Source: a virus
Taxonomy: Duplodnaviria; Heunggongvirae; Uroviricota; Caudoviricetes
Reading direction: 5' to 3' (one strand)
DNA length: 64,000 bases
Virus record (IMG/VR): IMGVR_UViG_3300037589_000184
Location: 34,523-98,522 of that record
The notes beneath the pieces were generated by a model. It ran no database searches and was not told where the DNA came from. It saw only the letters and a list, made by a program, of their open reading frames with translations. Both the position numbers and the translations under genes were made by a program. This document shows positions 9,566 to 18,584 of the stretch, piece by piece. The number at the start of each line of letters is the position of its first letter. Within the stretch, counting starts at the first letter, position 1.

Positions 9566-9950
9566 GGGGCATACAGGCTTTGACAGGTGATATGACCTAT
9601 AATGTTCAGCCAAGAGAGATAACTTGTAAAAACTAAGGTGAATTTACTTAAACGGCAACGTAGAAGATCAAATTCAGGCCAACATGGACACAGTCCATGC
9701 AATTTTGGGAAGCGAAGTAGAAGTAGCTGCCTAAATTTGGCAAGGCCCGTACAAGGTCTCTAGGCATCGGCCATTGTACAATTTTAGGTTAAGTGAGTCA
9801 GGCCACTCGACTGGAAGTGGACAGAGGTTTCCATCTTTACTCTGGATCGTACAAGGATGGTGGTGGAACCCAACTTCGGTTGGCCCCTAAGCTGTATAAA
9901 ACATTGTAGTGATTACATTTTGGACCGGGGTTCGATTCCCCGATGCTCCA
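9566..9950 (+). ncRNA. ssrA: tmRNA (ssrA-like transfer-messenger RNA), phage-encoded
   Basis: 5' GGGGCAT pairs with 3' ATGCTCC to form a 7-bp acceptor stem carrying the G3:U70 wobble that is the alanine identity element, followed by discriminator A. The T-arm is CGGGG-TTCGATT-CCCCG. The 5' D-analog GGCTTTGACAGG resembles E. coli GGATTCGACGGG. The overall 3' end GGACCGGGGTTCGATTCCCCGATGCTCCA is close to E. coli GGACGCGGGTTCAACTCCCGCCAGCTCCA. An internal ORF ends ...GSEVEVAA-TAA at 9732-9734. Length is about 385 nt. Confidence 0.6.
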
Positions 9951-10481
9951 CAAAATATGGTGAATGTACATCATCATAGGAGAAAATTGAAGCAGAACAA
10001 AAAGCATAGGGAAGTTCGAAGAAGTTGACGCAGAGAAAGAACAGGCATCCGGATTGACTTTTGAACATCAATGGAACGTGGCTACTTACCACTTCAATTT
10101 TCTCACCTTATTAAAAGTCTGGCCACCCTTTAGGCTGAGTCCAACTTACGTTAGAGTAAGAAGAGGATAGTAATCGGGTGGCACAGCAACAATAGTGAAG
10201 ACCATATCGATCTGATGATACGTAAGCGAGGCTTTCATCTTAACTGGATTGAACTCGATGTGCATGGCAAGCCGTTAAACTCCTCCTCAGGATCAGCACC
10301 CCGAACATCACAATGATCTAGGTCTTTGTGGTCTTCCTATAAAGTATTCAAGATCAAACAGTCATCTGGGACACACTCAGTACCCATAATATAAGACAGC
10401 TTATTGTGGGGAACGTGGACACAGTGGCCAGTGTCATGTCCCGGATACTGTTTGTGTTATTATGGACAGTTCTGTCCTTAT

Positions 10482-10506
10482 CTCAAAACCCTCACTAATC
10501 TGGGGA
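10482..10506 (+). promoter_or_regulatory. conserved promoter-like motif copy 3 (CTCAAAACCCTCACTAATCTGGGGA)
   Basis: Third copy of the motif, preceded by a small hairpin (GGACAG..CTGTCC), upstream of the 10740 gene and the helicase gene. Confidence 0.35.
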
Positions 10507-10739
10507 ACAACATAAAGGAAAAGGCCCGGAGGTATGTGAAAGGCTGTGAGAACCATGTATACGAAAAATGTCACGGTACCCTGTGGACATGTAGTAGGTA
10601 CAAAGGGTGTCCAATCCGGTTAGGTGGAGATAAGACCATCGATGGAACATGTTTTCTTATCCATGTTCCCCTTTTCCTTTTCAATTTGGATTTAATTATC
10701 ATACATATTTTTATTAACATTTTTTAAAAGCGTTTTCAA

Positions 10740-11366
10740 ATGGAAACTACAGCAACAGAAAGCAGAATCAGGAAGGAAGTGTCCAAAAGTACACTGGACG
10801 TAAGCCGTGTGTACAGCAGTGATTATCAGAAAGAGGGCACCCAGACTGCCGAGCTTCGCCAGAAAGTGACCACTAAGTCCTTTTATCCCACAAAGGCCAT
10901 TGCCAATGACAAGCAGGACAATGTCTTCGGTATGGAGGAATTCGGGTTCGAGGAACAGGAGTATGTCAACGAGGAGAACCGTGTAGCTTGGATCGATGTC
11001 CCCGTAGGGACCACAATCGAACAGGTGAAGGCAAAATTGGCTGCCCATCCAACTGCGGGTCTGTACAGGATATTGGCCAACAAGCCCATCCTTACGGACA
11101 ACCAGAAGTATGCAGTGGAGAACAACATTGCCAGTTATGACACCTTTGCCAATAGCCAAGTGGTAAGGTTCCCGGAAGGTGCCGAGAGAGCAGGTGAACT
11201 TGCCCTTGACCAAAATGGCAAGCCACAGTACCGTGCAATCTTCTTCAAGAAGGAAGATCCTGTGGACCAAGATCTCCGTACCATGGACGAGGTTTTCTAT
11301 GCATCTCCCCAAATCCAAGAGGAGCTTAACGAGAACCCACATGTGGTAACAGGTCAGCAACTTTAG
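10740..11366 (+). CDS. hypothetical protein
   Basis: 208-aa ORF with an ATG start. The antisense 222-aa ORF is judged spurious because it is rich in L, C, H and W. Confidence 0.4.
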   Translation: METTATESRIRKEVSKSTLDVSRVYSSDYQKEGTQTAELRQKVTTKSFYPTKAIANDKQDNVFGMEEFGFEEQEYVNEENRVAWIDVPVGTTIEQVKAKLAAHPTAGLYRILANKPILTDNQKYAVENNIASYDTFANSQVVRFPEGAERAGELALDQNGKPQYRAIFFKKEDPVDQDLRTMDEVFYASPQIQEELNENPHVVTGQQL

Positions 11367-11377
11367 TTCAACCTAAG

Positions 11378-12808
11378 TTGAAAGGGACATCCGAGAGGGT
11401 GTTCCTTTCCTTTTTTAATACCAAGACAAAAATGCCATTGACACCACATCAACAAGAAGTGCAGGACAGTGCACTCAGTATCATAAAATCAGGGAACAGG
11501 CTCCTTATAAAGGGGAGTGCCGGTGTGGGAAAGACCTACCTGATGAACAGCTTCATAGAGGAGGCCAGAAAATATCTTTCCCCCTACAAGACGATATACT
11601 GTTCGGCCCCTACCAACAAGGCAGTGGCAGTTCTCAAATCGAAGGTGACCAATACGGACAATGTGGAGTTCATAACCCTACATTCCGCACTGAAATATAA
11701 GAGGATAGTGGACAGAAAAACAGGAGAGGTCTCCTTTGGCCCCGTGTTCTCCGAAAGGAACAAGCCATTGAAAGGGGTCTCCATGATAGTGGTGGACGAG
11801 GCTTCTATGGTGGGACATGACCTGCACAGGGACCTTGAGCACTTTGCCAACCTCATGGGGGTAAAGGTGGTGTTCGTCGGGGACCACAAGCAGCTCAATC
11901 CTGTCCAAGAAGAGATAAGCCCTGTCTTTATGGGAACGTCAAAGACCTATACACAGGAAGAGTACCAAGAGAAGGGGATTGTACCGGGACCTGATGAGAT
12001 TTTAATTGAAAAAGAGGGATCCATCACTGTTTCCACCCCATATCCCACAGTGGAGCTTACCGAGATTATAAGACAGGGGGACGGAAATCCCATTATAGAC
12101 CTCAGCAGGAACTTGAAAAGGATATGGACCTATGAGGACAACCTTGTATCCAATGAACCTAAGGTGGGGTATATGCACTCAAGGGACAAGGAGAGGGTCA
12201 TATCCACCCTTGCGGCAATCAATGGTTCGGATGAGCTGAAATACCTCGGTTATACCAATCAGGATGTCGATGCACTGAACACTGCCGTGAGGAAGAGAAT
12301 ATATGGCAATCCCAGAAAGGTCGAACCCGGGGAGAGCATTATATTCAATTCTCCCTATAAAGATCTGTACTATACCAACCAAGAGTTGAAGATAGAGGAG
12401 CTGACAGTCGTTGAGCAATTGTTCTACCTTCCCTATCAGGATAGATCCGATAAGGTAAAGCTCAAGGTGTATGTCATCAACGGGAAGGAGATGGAAGGTG
12501 GGTGGAACGGAGTATTCGTGGTGCACGAAGAGCATGAAAAGCAGTTCCGTACATTGGCCATGGTCACAAAAAGGGCCTGTGAGGCAAGGAACATGACTTG
12601 GGTGGACAGGGATGCATTCCTTTCCCAGTTTGCCGATATCAAGTACAACCATGCCATCACGGTGCACAAAAGTCAGGGCAGCACCTATAAACAGGTCATC
12701 CTGAACATTTCCAATCTCTCCATAAACAGGGATGAGATAGAGAAACAGAGACTCTTTTATACAGGGGTCACAAGAGCAAGTGAACTATTAATACTTTTTA
12801 ACAACTAA
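11378..12808 (+). CDS. Dda/RecD-like SF1 DNA helicase
   Basis: Walker A GSAGVGKTY, Walker B VVDEASMV, and C-terminal motif TVHKSQGSTY characteristic of the RecD/Dda/Pif1 family. The start may instead be the internal Met of MPLTPHQQ. Confidence 0.7.
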   Translation: MKGTSERVFLSFFNTKTKMPLTPHQQEVQDSALSIIKSGNRLLIKGSAGVGKTYLMNSFIEEARKYLSPYKTIYCSAPTNKAVAVLKSKVTNTDNVEFITLHSALKYKRIVDRKTGEVSFGPVFSERNKPLKGVSMIVVDEASMVGHDLHRDLEHFANLMGVKVVFVGDHKQLNPVQEEISPVFMGTSKTYTQEEYQEKGIVPGPDEILIEKEGSITVSTPYPTVELTEIIRQGDGNPIIDLSRNLKRIWTYEDNLVSNEPKVGYMHSRDKERVISTLAAINGSDELKYLGYTNQDVDALNTAVRKRIYGNPRKVEPGESIIFNSPYKDLYYTNQELKIEELTVVEQLFYLPYQDRSDKVKLKVYVINGKEMEGGWNGVFVVHEEHEKQFRTLAMVTKRACEARNMTWVDRDAFLSQFADIKYNHAITVHKSQGSTYKQVILNISNLSINRDEIEKQRLFYTGVTRASELLILFNN

Positions 12809-12811
12809 ATT

Positions 12812-13339
12812 ATGAAAATCGAAGAATATCAGGGACTTGCAGCAAGGACCCTACCGGATCTGGGATCACAGGAGAAAAATGGGGCACACATGGCCCTTGG
12901 GATAATGTCCGAACTGTTGGAACTATATCTGGCGGATGACAATGACATTGTCAACAAAATGGAGGAGCACGGGGACATGAACTGGTACATTGCCGGTATG
13001 TGCACCATTTATGGACTTGACTATGCAAAACTTTTCTCGGAAGCAGTAGTGCCCACATCCGATGCAGATGAGGAAGTGATCAAGGCCTTTGCCGATACTG
13101 TTGACCTTGTGAAGAGGGAACTTGCCTATGGTGCAAAGATGGAAGGGGAAAAACTGGCCTGTGTGGCCACATTGTTACTGTCCTTCTGTAAGGCCTATGC
13201 AAAACAGGAGAATTTTGACTATATTCACTCCCTCCAAAAAAATATCGAAAAGCTCAGGACAAGGTTTCCTGACAATTTTGATGCCGAAAAGGCCATCGAC
13301 AGGGATGTCGATAAGGAGAGAGAAACACTTGAATCTTAA
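12812..13339 (+). CDS. MazG-like all-alpha NTP pyrophosphohydrolase (tentative)
   Basis: About 175 aa, acidic and helical, with MALGIMSELLELYLADDND resembling the MazG EExxE region. Confidence 0.35.
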   Translation: MKIEEYQGLAARTLPDLGSQEKNGAHMALGIMSELLELYLADDNDIVNKMEEHGDMNWYIAGMCTIYGLDYAKLFSEAVVPTSDADEEVIKAFADTVDLVKRELAYGAKMEGEKLACVATLLLSFCKAYAKQENFDYIHSLQKNIEKLRTRFPDNFDAEKAIDRDVDKERETLES

Positions 13340-13344
13340 CAATT

Positions 13345-13623
13345 ATGGCACAGATACCTACAAAGCTAAGGGCACTCCTAAAGGAAAAAGGCCCTAAAAG
13401 GACCTTCAAGGAAGGTACTCTGGCAGAGTTCAGTAAAATGGTCCTAAGTCTTGTCACCGTTGATGACCAAATGTTGTTCGTGGAGGTAAGGAACAGAAGG
13501 ATAGAGGAACTTGACAATATTCCGGAAGGGGCCATTGTCAATGTTGACTTTATCTTTGCAGGCTCCGAGAAGAACGGGAAAAGATACAACAACCTCATAG
13601 TCACGAAAATATCAAGGATATGA
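13345..13623 (+). CDS. hypothetical protein
   Basis: 92-aa ORF. Confidence 0.3.
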   Translation: MAQIPTKLRALLKEKGPKRTFKEGTLAEFSKMVLSLVTVDDQMLFVEVRNRRIEELDNIPEGAIVNVDFIFAGSEKNGKRYNNLIVTKISRI

Positions 13624-13940
13624 GGGCACTTTCCCAGACCGAGTTCGATGCACTTTCGGACAGTGAGAAGAACGACTACCTTAAAAAGAGGGAGGACCAT
13701 CTCAACATGCTCATGCGTGGAACAGTGGTCCTTTCCTCTCTTTTAGTGGAATGGTTCGATGAACTTGAGAATGCAGGATATGCAAGACAGAGGCTCAAAC
13801 AGGTGCTGAAACTCTCGAAAAAGGAATCAGAGGCCTATCTTGACAGGATTTTTGACAAGTTGGAAAATACATTGCCATCCTCTTCCTATGTACAGGAGGT
13901 GTCCGGAAAGGTGGAGGAACTGCTGATAAAAAACCATTGA
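13620..13940 (+). CDS. hypothetical protein
   Basis: 106-aa ORF whose start overlaps the upstream stop. Confidence 0.3.
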   Translation: MRALSQTEFDALSDSEKNDYLKKREDHLNMLMRGTVVLSSLLVEWFDELENAGYARQRLKQVLKLSKKESEAYLDRIFDKLENTLPSSSYVQEVSGKVEELLIKNH

Positions 13941-13943
13941 CCT

Positions 13944-15848
13944 ATGGAATATACCATTTTTGATAAGGAGACAAACGGTCTCTACAGGGAAGTCACAAAG
14001 ATACATTGTATAAGCTATTCCGATTTCAGGGATGGTGAACTTGTGGGGAAGGGTGTCCTTACCGATTATGGTGACATGAAAGCTTTCTATTCCACCAGAC
14101 CTGTTCTGGTGGGCCATAACATCACCAGATATGACCTTCCAGTGGCAAAGAAGATATTGGGAGTGGAATATGGAGGGACCGTTGTGGACACACTCGGGAT
14201 TTCTTGGCAGATGTTCCCCATGAAAGGATATAAACATGGCCTTGAGGCTTGGGGGGAGAGATTGGGATTTCCCAAGCCCCCAATCGAGGATTGGAGGAAC
14301 CTTTCACTGGAAAGATACATTGAAAGGTGCAACGGGGATGTCGAGATAAACACACGGCTGTTCCATGAACAGTTGAAATACCTCAAGGAACTGTATGCCC
14401 ATGGTGGTGACCTTGCCTCATTGTTTTCCTATATACATTTCAAGATGCAGTGCCTTTGGGACCAAGAGCTTGAAGGGATACCATTGGATGAGGAAATGTG
14501 TATAAGGAGCAGGGATGCCGTACAGGCAGAGATCGATGAAAGAGTGGCAACATTGAGTGCCGAAATGCCCCCTGTACTTGATAAGACCGCACCAAAGAAG
14601 ATGTACAAACAGGATGGGATGTTGTCCAAACATGGTGAAAAGTGGATCGATTACATAACCGAGCTTGGATTGCCAGAGGATACCATGGAGACCTATGTTC
14701 CCGGAAATCCGGGGAGTCCGGACCAATTGAAATCTTGGTTGTTCAGCCTTGGATGGGAACCTATCACTTTCAAGACATCAAAGAATACAGGGGAGGAAAT
14801 TCCACAGATTTCACTTCCATTCGGTGGTGGGATATGCCCCAGTATCGAGGATATGTACGATGACCATCCAGTATTGGAGGCCCTTGGGGGATTCTATATG
14901 CTCAGGCATAGGTTGGGGCTGTTCAAGTCCTTTCTTGAGGCCAAACATGAAAACGGAAAGGTCTATGCCACTGCCCATGGGTTTACCAATACCATGAGAT
15001 TGAAGCACTCAAAGCCGATTGCCAATCTTCCCGGTGTGGACAAACCTTGGGGCAAGGAGATAAGGGGATGTTTCAAGATCCCCGACCACAACCATATCAT
15101 GTGCGGCTCCGATATCAGTGGACTTGAGGACAATACCAAACAGCACTATATCTACTTCTATGATCCAAAATATGTGGAGGAGATGAGGGTGCCGGGATTT
15201 GACCCCCACTTGGATATTGGAAAGCTTGCAGGTCTGATAACACAGGAAGAGGAGGATTTCTATAAAAGGGTGGACTCCCTGTCAAGGGAGGAATATGATT
15301 CCCTGTCGGAAGAGGATAAAAAGACCTTTAAGGCCATAAAGAAGAAACGGGGCACATCAAAGACAGTGAATTTCTCCGCTACTTATGGTGCAGGGGCAGC
15401 AAAGATAGCCATCACCGCAAAATGTGATGTACCCTTTGCACAAAAGCTCCACTCCATATATTGGCAAAGAAACTCGGCAGTAAAGAAAACTGCAAATGCC
15501 TGTGTGGTAAGGAAAATAAGGGGCCAAAAATGGCTCTATAATCCTGTTGCCAATCTCTGGATGTTCCTAAAGGCCGATAAGGACAGATTTTCGACACTCA
15601 ACCAATCCACAGGTGTCTTTGTGTTCGATTCTTGGCTCAGAAGGGTCAGGCAGAACCTAAAGCCCTATGGGATCAAGATCTTGATGCAGTACCATGATGA
15701 GATCATGTTGATACTGCCCAAAGGATATGAGGATGTGGTGGAGGCAGTGCTCAGGAAGAGTATGCAGGAGGTGAACGACCAGATAAGGCTCAACGTGGAG
15801 ATAGGCATATCCGTTGATTTTGGAAACAACTATGCCGATTGTCACTAA
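13944..15848 (+). CDS. family A DNA polymerase with N-terminal 3'-5' exonuclease (DnaQ-like) domain
   Basis: Exo I motif FDKETNGL. Pol A motif A GSDISGLED, motif B RGTSKTVNFSATYGAGAAKIA, and motif C QYHDEIMLI. Confidence 0.85.
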   Translation: MEYTIFDKETNGLYREVTKIHCISYSDFRDGELVGKGVLTDYGDMKAFYSTRPVLVGHNITRYDLPVAKKILGVEYGGTVVDTLGISWQMFPMKGYKHGLEAWGERLGFPKPPIEDWRNLSLERYIERCNGDVEINTRLFHEQLKYLKELYAHGGDLASLFSYIHFKMQCLWDQELEGIPLDEEMCIRSRDAVQAEIDERVATLSAEMPPVLDKTAPKKMYKQDGMLSKHGEKWIDYITELGLPEDTMETYVPGNPGSPDQLKSWLFSLGWEPITFKTSKNTGEEIPQISLPFGGGICPSIEDMYDDHPVLEALGGFYMLRHRLGLFKSFLEAKHENGKVYATAHGFTNTMRLKHSKPIANLPGVDKPWGKEIRGCFKIPDHNHIMCGSDISGLEDNTKQHYIYFYDPKYVEEMRVPGFDPHLDIGKLAGLITQEEEDFYKRVDSLSREEYDSLSEEDKKTFKAIKKKRGTSKTVNFSATYGAGAAKIAITAKCDVPFAQKLHSIYWQRNSAVKKTANACVVRKIRGQKWLYNPVANLWMFLKADKDRFSTLNQSTGVFVFDSWLRRVRQNLKPYGIKILMQYHDEIMLILPKGYEDVVEAVLRKSMQEVNDQIRLNVEIGISVDFGNNYADCH

Positions 15849-16304
15849 AAACCAAAAACAATATGATACAGTTCCAATGTAAGTTTTTTGCCCCTGCCCT
15901 GTTGACGGAGGACCAGAATTTTTCCGATATTTGTAAAGAACTGTACCAAGACCTTGCAATACCCATTATGCTCTTTGACGAGCATGAGATAATCAATAGT
16001 ATGCAAAAACAGTTCCCCAGAACAAAATTCAAACTGATGTTCGTGGCCATTGGCTATGACAAACCCTATGAAGCATGAGAGTAAGAGCAATTTTACATTC
16101 TCCTGACAAGAAGACCTTTTCCTTGGATATAGTCGATGATCAGGGGAACACCGTGAAGAAGGGAGCCTCATATCCAATGCACCAGATAAGGAAGAAGGGG
16201 GTCTCGTTCTATACCGAACTAGAGGATAAGTGTATTTTCAGGCTCACTGTCCTATCCTATGAAGGAGAATATGAAATAGTCTGTGTAAACCCGTATATAA
16301 ACAT

Positions 16305-17462
16305 TTGATCATGAACAACAAGGAAAAGACATTGTTACAGAAAGAAATAGTGGATTCCTTGGATCCCCATCCACATGGCAGATTGCTGTTGGCCCCAAGG
16401 GTGGGGAAATCGAAACTTGCAATCGACATTATAAAAAGGGAGAAACCAAAATCCATTACATGGGTGACCCCATCGACAAAATTGGCCGAAGAGGACATCC
16501 CACAGGAATTTGAGACTTGGGGGGCGAAGAGGTATCTTAAAAAGCTCACCACTGTCACTTGGGCATCCCTTGACAAGATAGAGGGCCACAGTGAACTGGT
16601 GATATTGGACGAAGAGCAGTTTGCAACCGAGAACAATCTTGAAAAACTGTTGAACGGAAAGCATACCTTCGACTATATCATCTCGATGACAGGCACTGCC
16701 ACAAAGCACAAGGAAAAACAGGAGCTTTATGATAAACTTGATCTTTCGGTACTCTACGAGCTGAACATCAATGATGCAGTGGACATAGGGCTGTTGAGCA
16801 ACTATGACCTGTTTGTACTGGAAGTGGACATGGGCAACCAGAAAACCATATTGGCAGGTACAAAGGCCAAGCCCTTTATGGTATCGGAAATCAGCCAGTA
16901 CCAGTATCTTGATAGGATGGCAAAACAGGCCATGTACCAAAAGAGAAGGGATGCCCAGTTCAGGATCTTGGCAAGGAGAAGGTTCATAGCCAATTCCATG
17001 TCCAAGTTCAATGCCGCAAAGTTCCTTATGGAAAACCTTGAAGGCAGGAAACTGCTGTTTGCGGGGAGTATAGCCCAAGCTGAGGACCTGTGCAAAAATG
17101 TGTACCACAGTAAATCCGACAACAAGGCACTCAAAGCTTTCCAGAAAGGGGAGATCAATGAGATTGCCATGGTGGATGCAGGGGGCACAGGATTCACCTA
17201 TAGGGCCATTGATCATTTGATAGTGGTCCAGACGGACAGTGACAAGAATGGCCGTACATCACAGAAGATCAGTAGGACACTGTTACAGCAAAAGGACTAC
17301 AAGGCCATCATCTGGCTTGTCTCCCTTACCGGCACCCAAGATGAAAAATGGGTGGAGAGTGCCCTTGAAAACTTTGACAGGTCAAAGGTGAGATATGAAA
17401 GGCTAAAGAATTTTCTAACAGGAGAAGAATATTTTAAGAAACATTTTATTAACAAGCTATGA
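16305..17462 (+). CDS. SF2 (DEAD/DEAH-like) helicase-family ATPase
   Basis: Walker A LAPRVGKSK, DExx box VILDEEQF, and motif III-like SMTGTAT. Confidence 0.4.
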   Translation: MIMNNKEKTLLQKEIVDSLDPHPHGRLLLAPRVGKSKLAIDIIKREKPKSITWVTPSTKLAEEDIPQEFETWGAKRYLKKLTTVTWASLDKIEGHSELVILDEEQFATENNLEKLLNGKHTFDYIISMTGTATKHKEKQELYDKLDLSVLYELNINDAVDIGLLSNYDLFVLEVDMGNQKTILAGTKAKPFMVSEISQYQYLDRMAKQAMYQKRRDAQFRILARRRFIANSMSKFNAAKFLMENLEGRKLLFAGSIAQAEDLCKNVYHSKSDNKALKAFQKGEINEIAMVDAGGTGFTYRAIDHLIVVQTDSDKNGRTSQKISRTLLQQKDYKAIIWLVSLTGTQDEKWVESALENFDRSKVRYERLKNFLTGEEYFKKHFINKL

Positions 17463-17998
17463 CTTTAAATCAGCAGATAAAGGAAAGGTTGAGGGAATAT
17501 AACATTCCTGTCGATGATGGTATAAATTTCCTGTTGGGAATCTATTATGGACATATCTCAGAATACTTTCCCTTGGTCTTTAAACTAAGAATCATGGCCA
17601 CAAAGATCTATGAAGGTGACCCAAAGGCCAGTAATACCATTAAATGGAACATTCCATTGTTCGATGACCAAGTCACTGGATATGAATGGGTAAGTGGTTG
17701 GATGGACATGTTCGGGGAAATAAATCCCGATAGAAGGGGGACCAAGTCCTTTGTAATGTCACGGATGAAGAAATTCTTTGTGGAGAACCCAACTGTCCGT
17801 GTTGACGATATCATGGGGGCCACAAAGATGTATTTCCGCAATGTGGACAATGCCAAGTTCCTGAAATCTTCACATAAGTTCATTATGGAGGGCAAAGGTG
17901 CCGATAGGTATTCACTGCTCTTGGAATGGGTGGAAAAGTACCAGAACTGGCAGAAGGCCGATAAGGAAAGGAACAGTATCAGTAACACGATGCAATGA
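17459..17998 (+). CDS. hypothetical protein
   Basis: 179-aa ORF. Confidence 0.35.
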   Translation: MTLNQQIKERLREYNIPVDDGINFLLGIYYGHISEYFPLVFKLRIMATKIYEGDPKASNTIKWNIPLFDDQVTGYEWVSGWMDMFGEINPDRRGTKSFVMSRMKKFFVENPTVRVDDIMGATKMYFRNVDNAKFLKSSHKFIMEGKGADRYSLLLEWVEKYQNWQKADKERNSISNTMQ

Positions 17999-17999
17999 T

Positions 18000-18350
18000 A
18001 TGACAGATTTAGCCATACTATCAAAGAATTCCATTATATCCTTAGTAAAGGATAAGCTTGACACCATTATAGAAAAGGATGTGCAGGTGAGGATAGAAGG
18101 GAAGGGAAATTGTTTTTCCCTTAGTCCATACTCCGATAAGATAGGTGTAAAAAATCTCTTGAGATACTATATGGGTAAAGAAGCTTCTGTCAGAGAGAAC
18201 AAATTTTCTTTGTCCATTATATCCCTTACAGGAGAAGACAGGGGCTTTCTTTCACTTGATTTTGATAAAGTAAGAGTCATATCCCTTGAGATGCATGGAG
18301 ACTGGACAGCAATAAGAATGGATGAACTTACAATAAATTTTAGATTATGA
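18000..18350 (+). CDS. hypothetical protein
   Basis: The ATG at 18000 overlaps the upstream stop in an ATGA arrangement. The track ORF at 17898 overlaps the previous gene. Confidence 0.3.
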   Translation: MTDLAILSKNSIISLVKDKLDTIIEKDVQVRIEGKGNCFSLSPYSDKIGVKNLLRYYMGKEASVRENKFSLSIISLTGEDRGFLSLDFDKVRVISLEMHGDWTAIRMDELTINFRL

Positions 18351-18584
18351 TTGAACTGTTGAAATTCGTGCTGTCAAGCTTTTGGAAATTTCTTGGCTTT
18401 TTTCTCATTCTTTTGGTGATCGGGGAATTTCTTGAAATTTATTTCACAATATTCTTTGATTGGCTCAAAAGTCTCAGCAGAAAAAAGTAACATTGCCCCC
18501 GTTCTGGTTATCGGGAATCTTCAAGGTTCCATATATCTATGAATGTTGGGGCAGTAAAAAGAACAATTTGACCTATTATTATCT

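Noticed and set aside
9566-9950. Alternative that the tmRNA is the host ssrA at a prophage attachment site
   Set aside because: Both flanks carry phage-like, tightly overlapping small genes and the same promoter-like motif. No integrase or att duplication is visible. It cannot be fully excluded without the host genome.
10692-11360. 222-aa ORF on the minus strand, antisense to the 10740-11366 gene
   Set aside because: It has a Leu, Cys, His and Trp-rich composition typical of a shadow ORF. The sense-strand gene fits the strand polarity of the whole block.
16335-17216. 293-aa antisense ORF inside the SF2 helicase gene
   Set aside because: It is a shadow ORF. The helicase motifs lie on the + strand.
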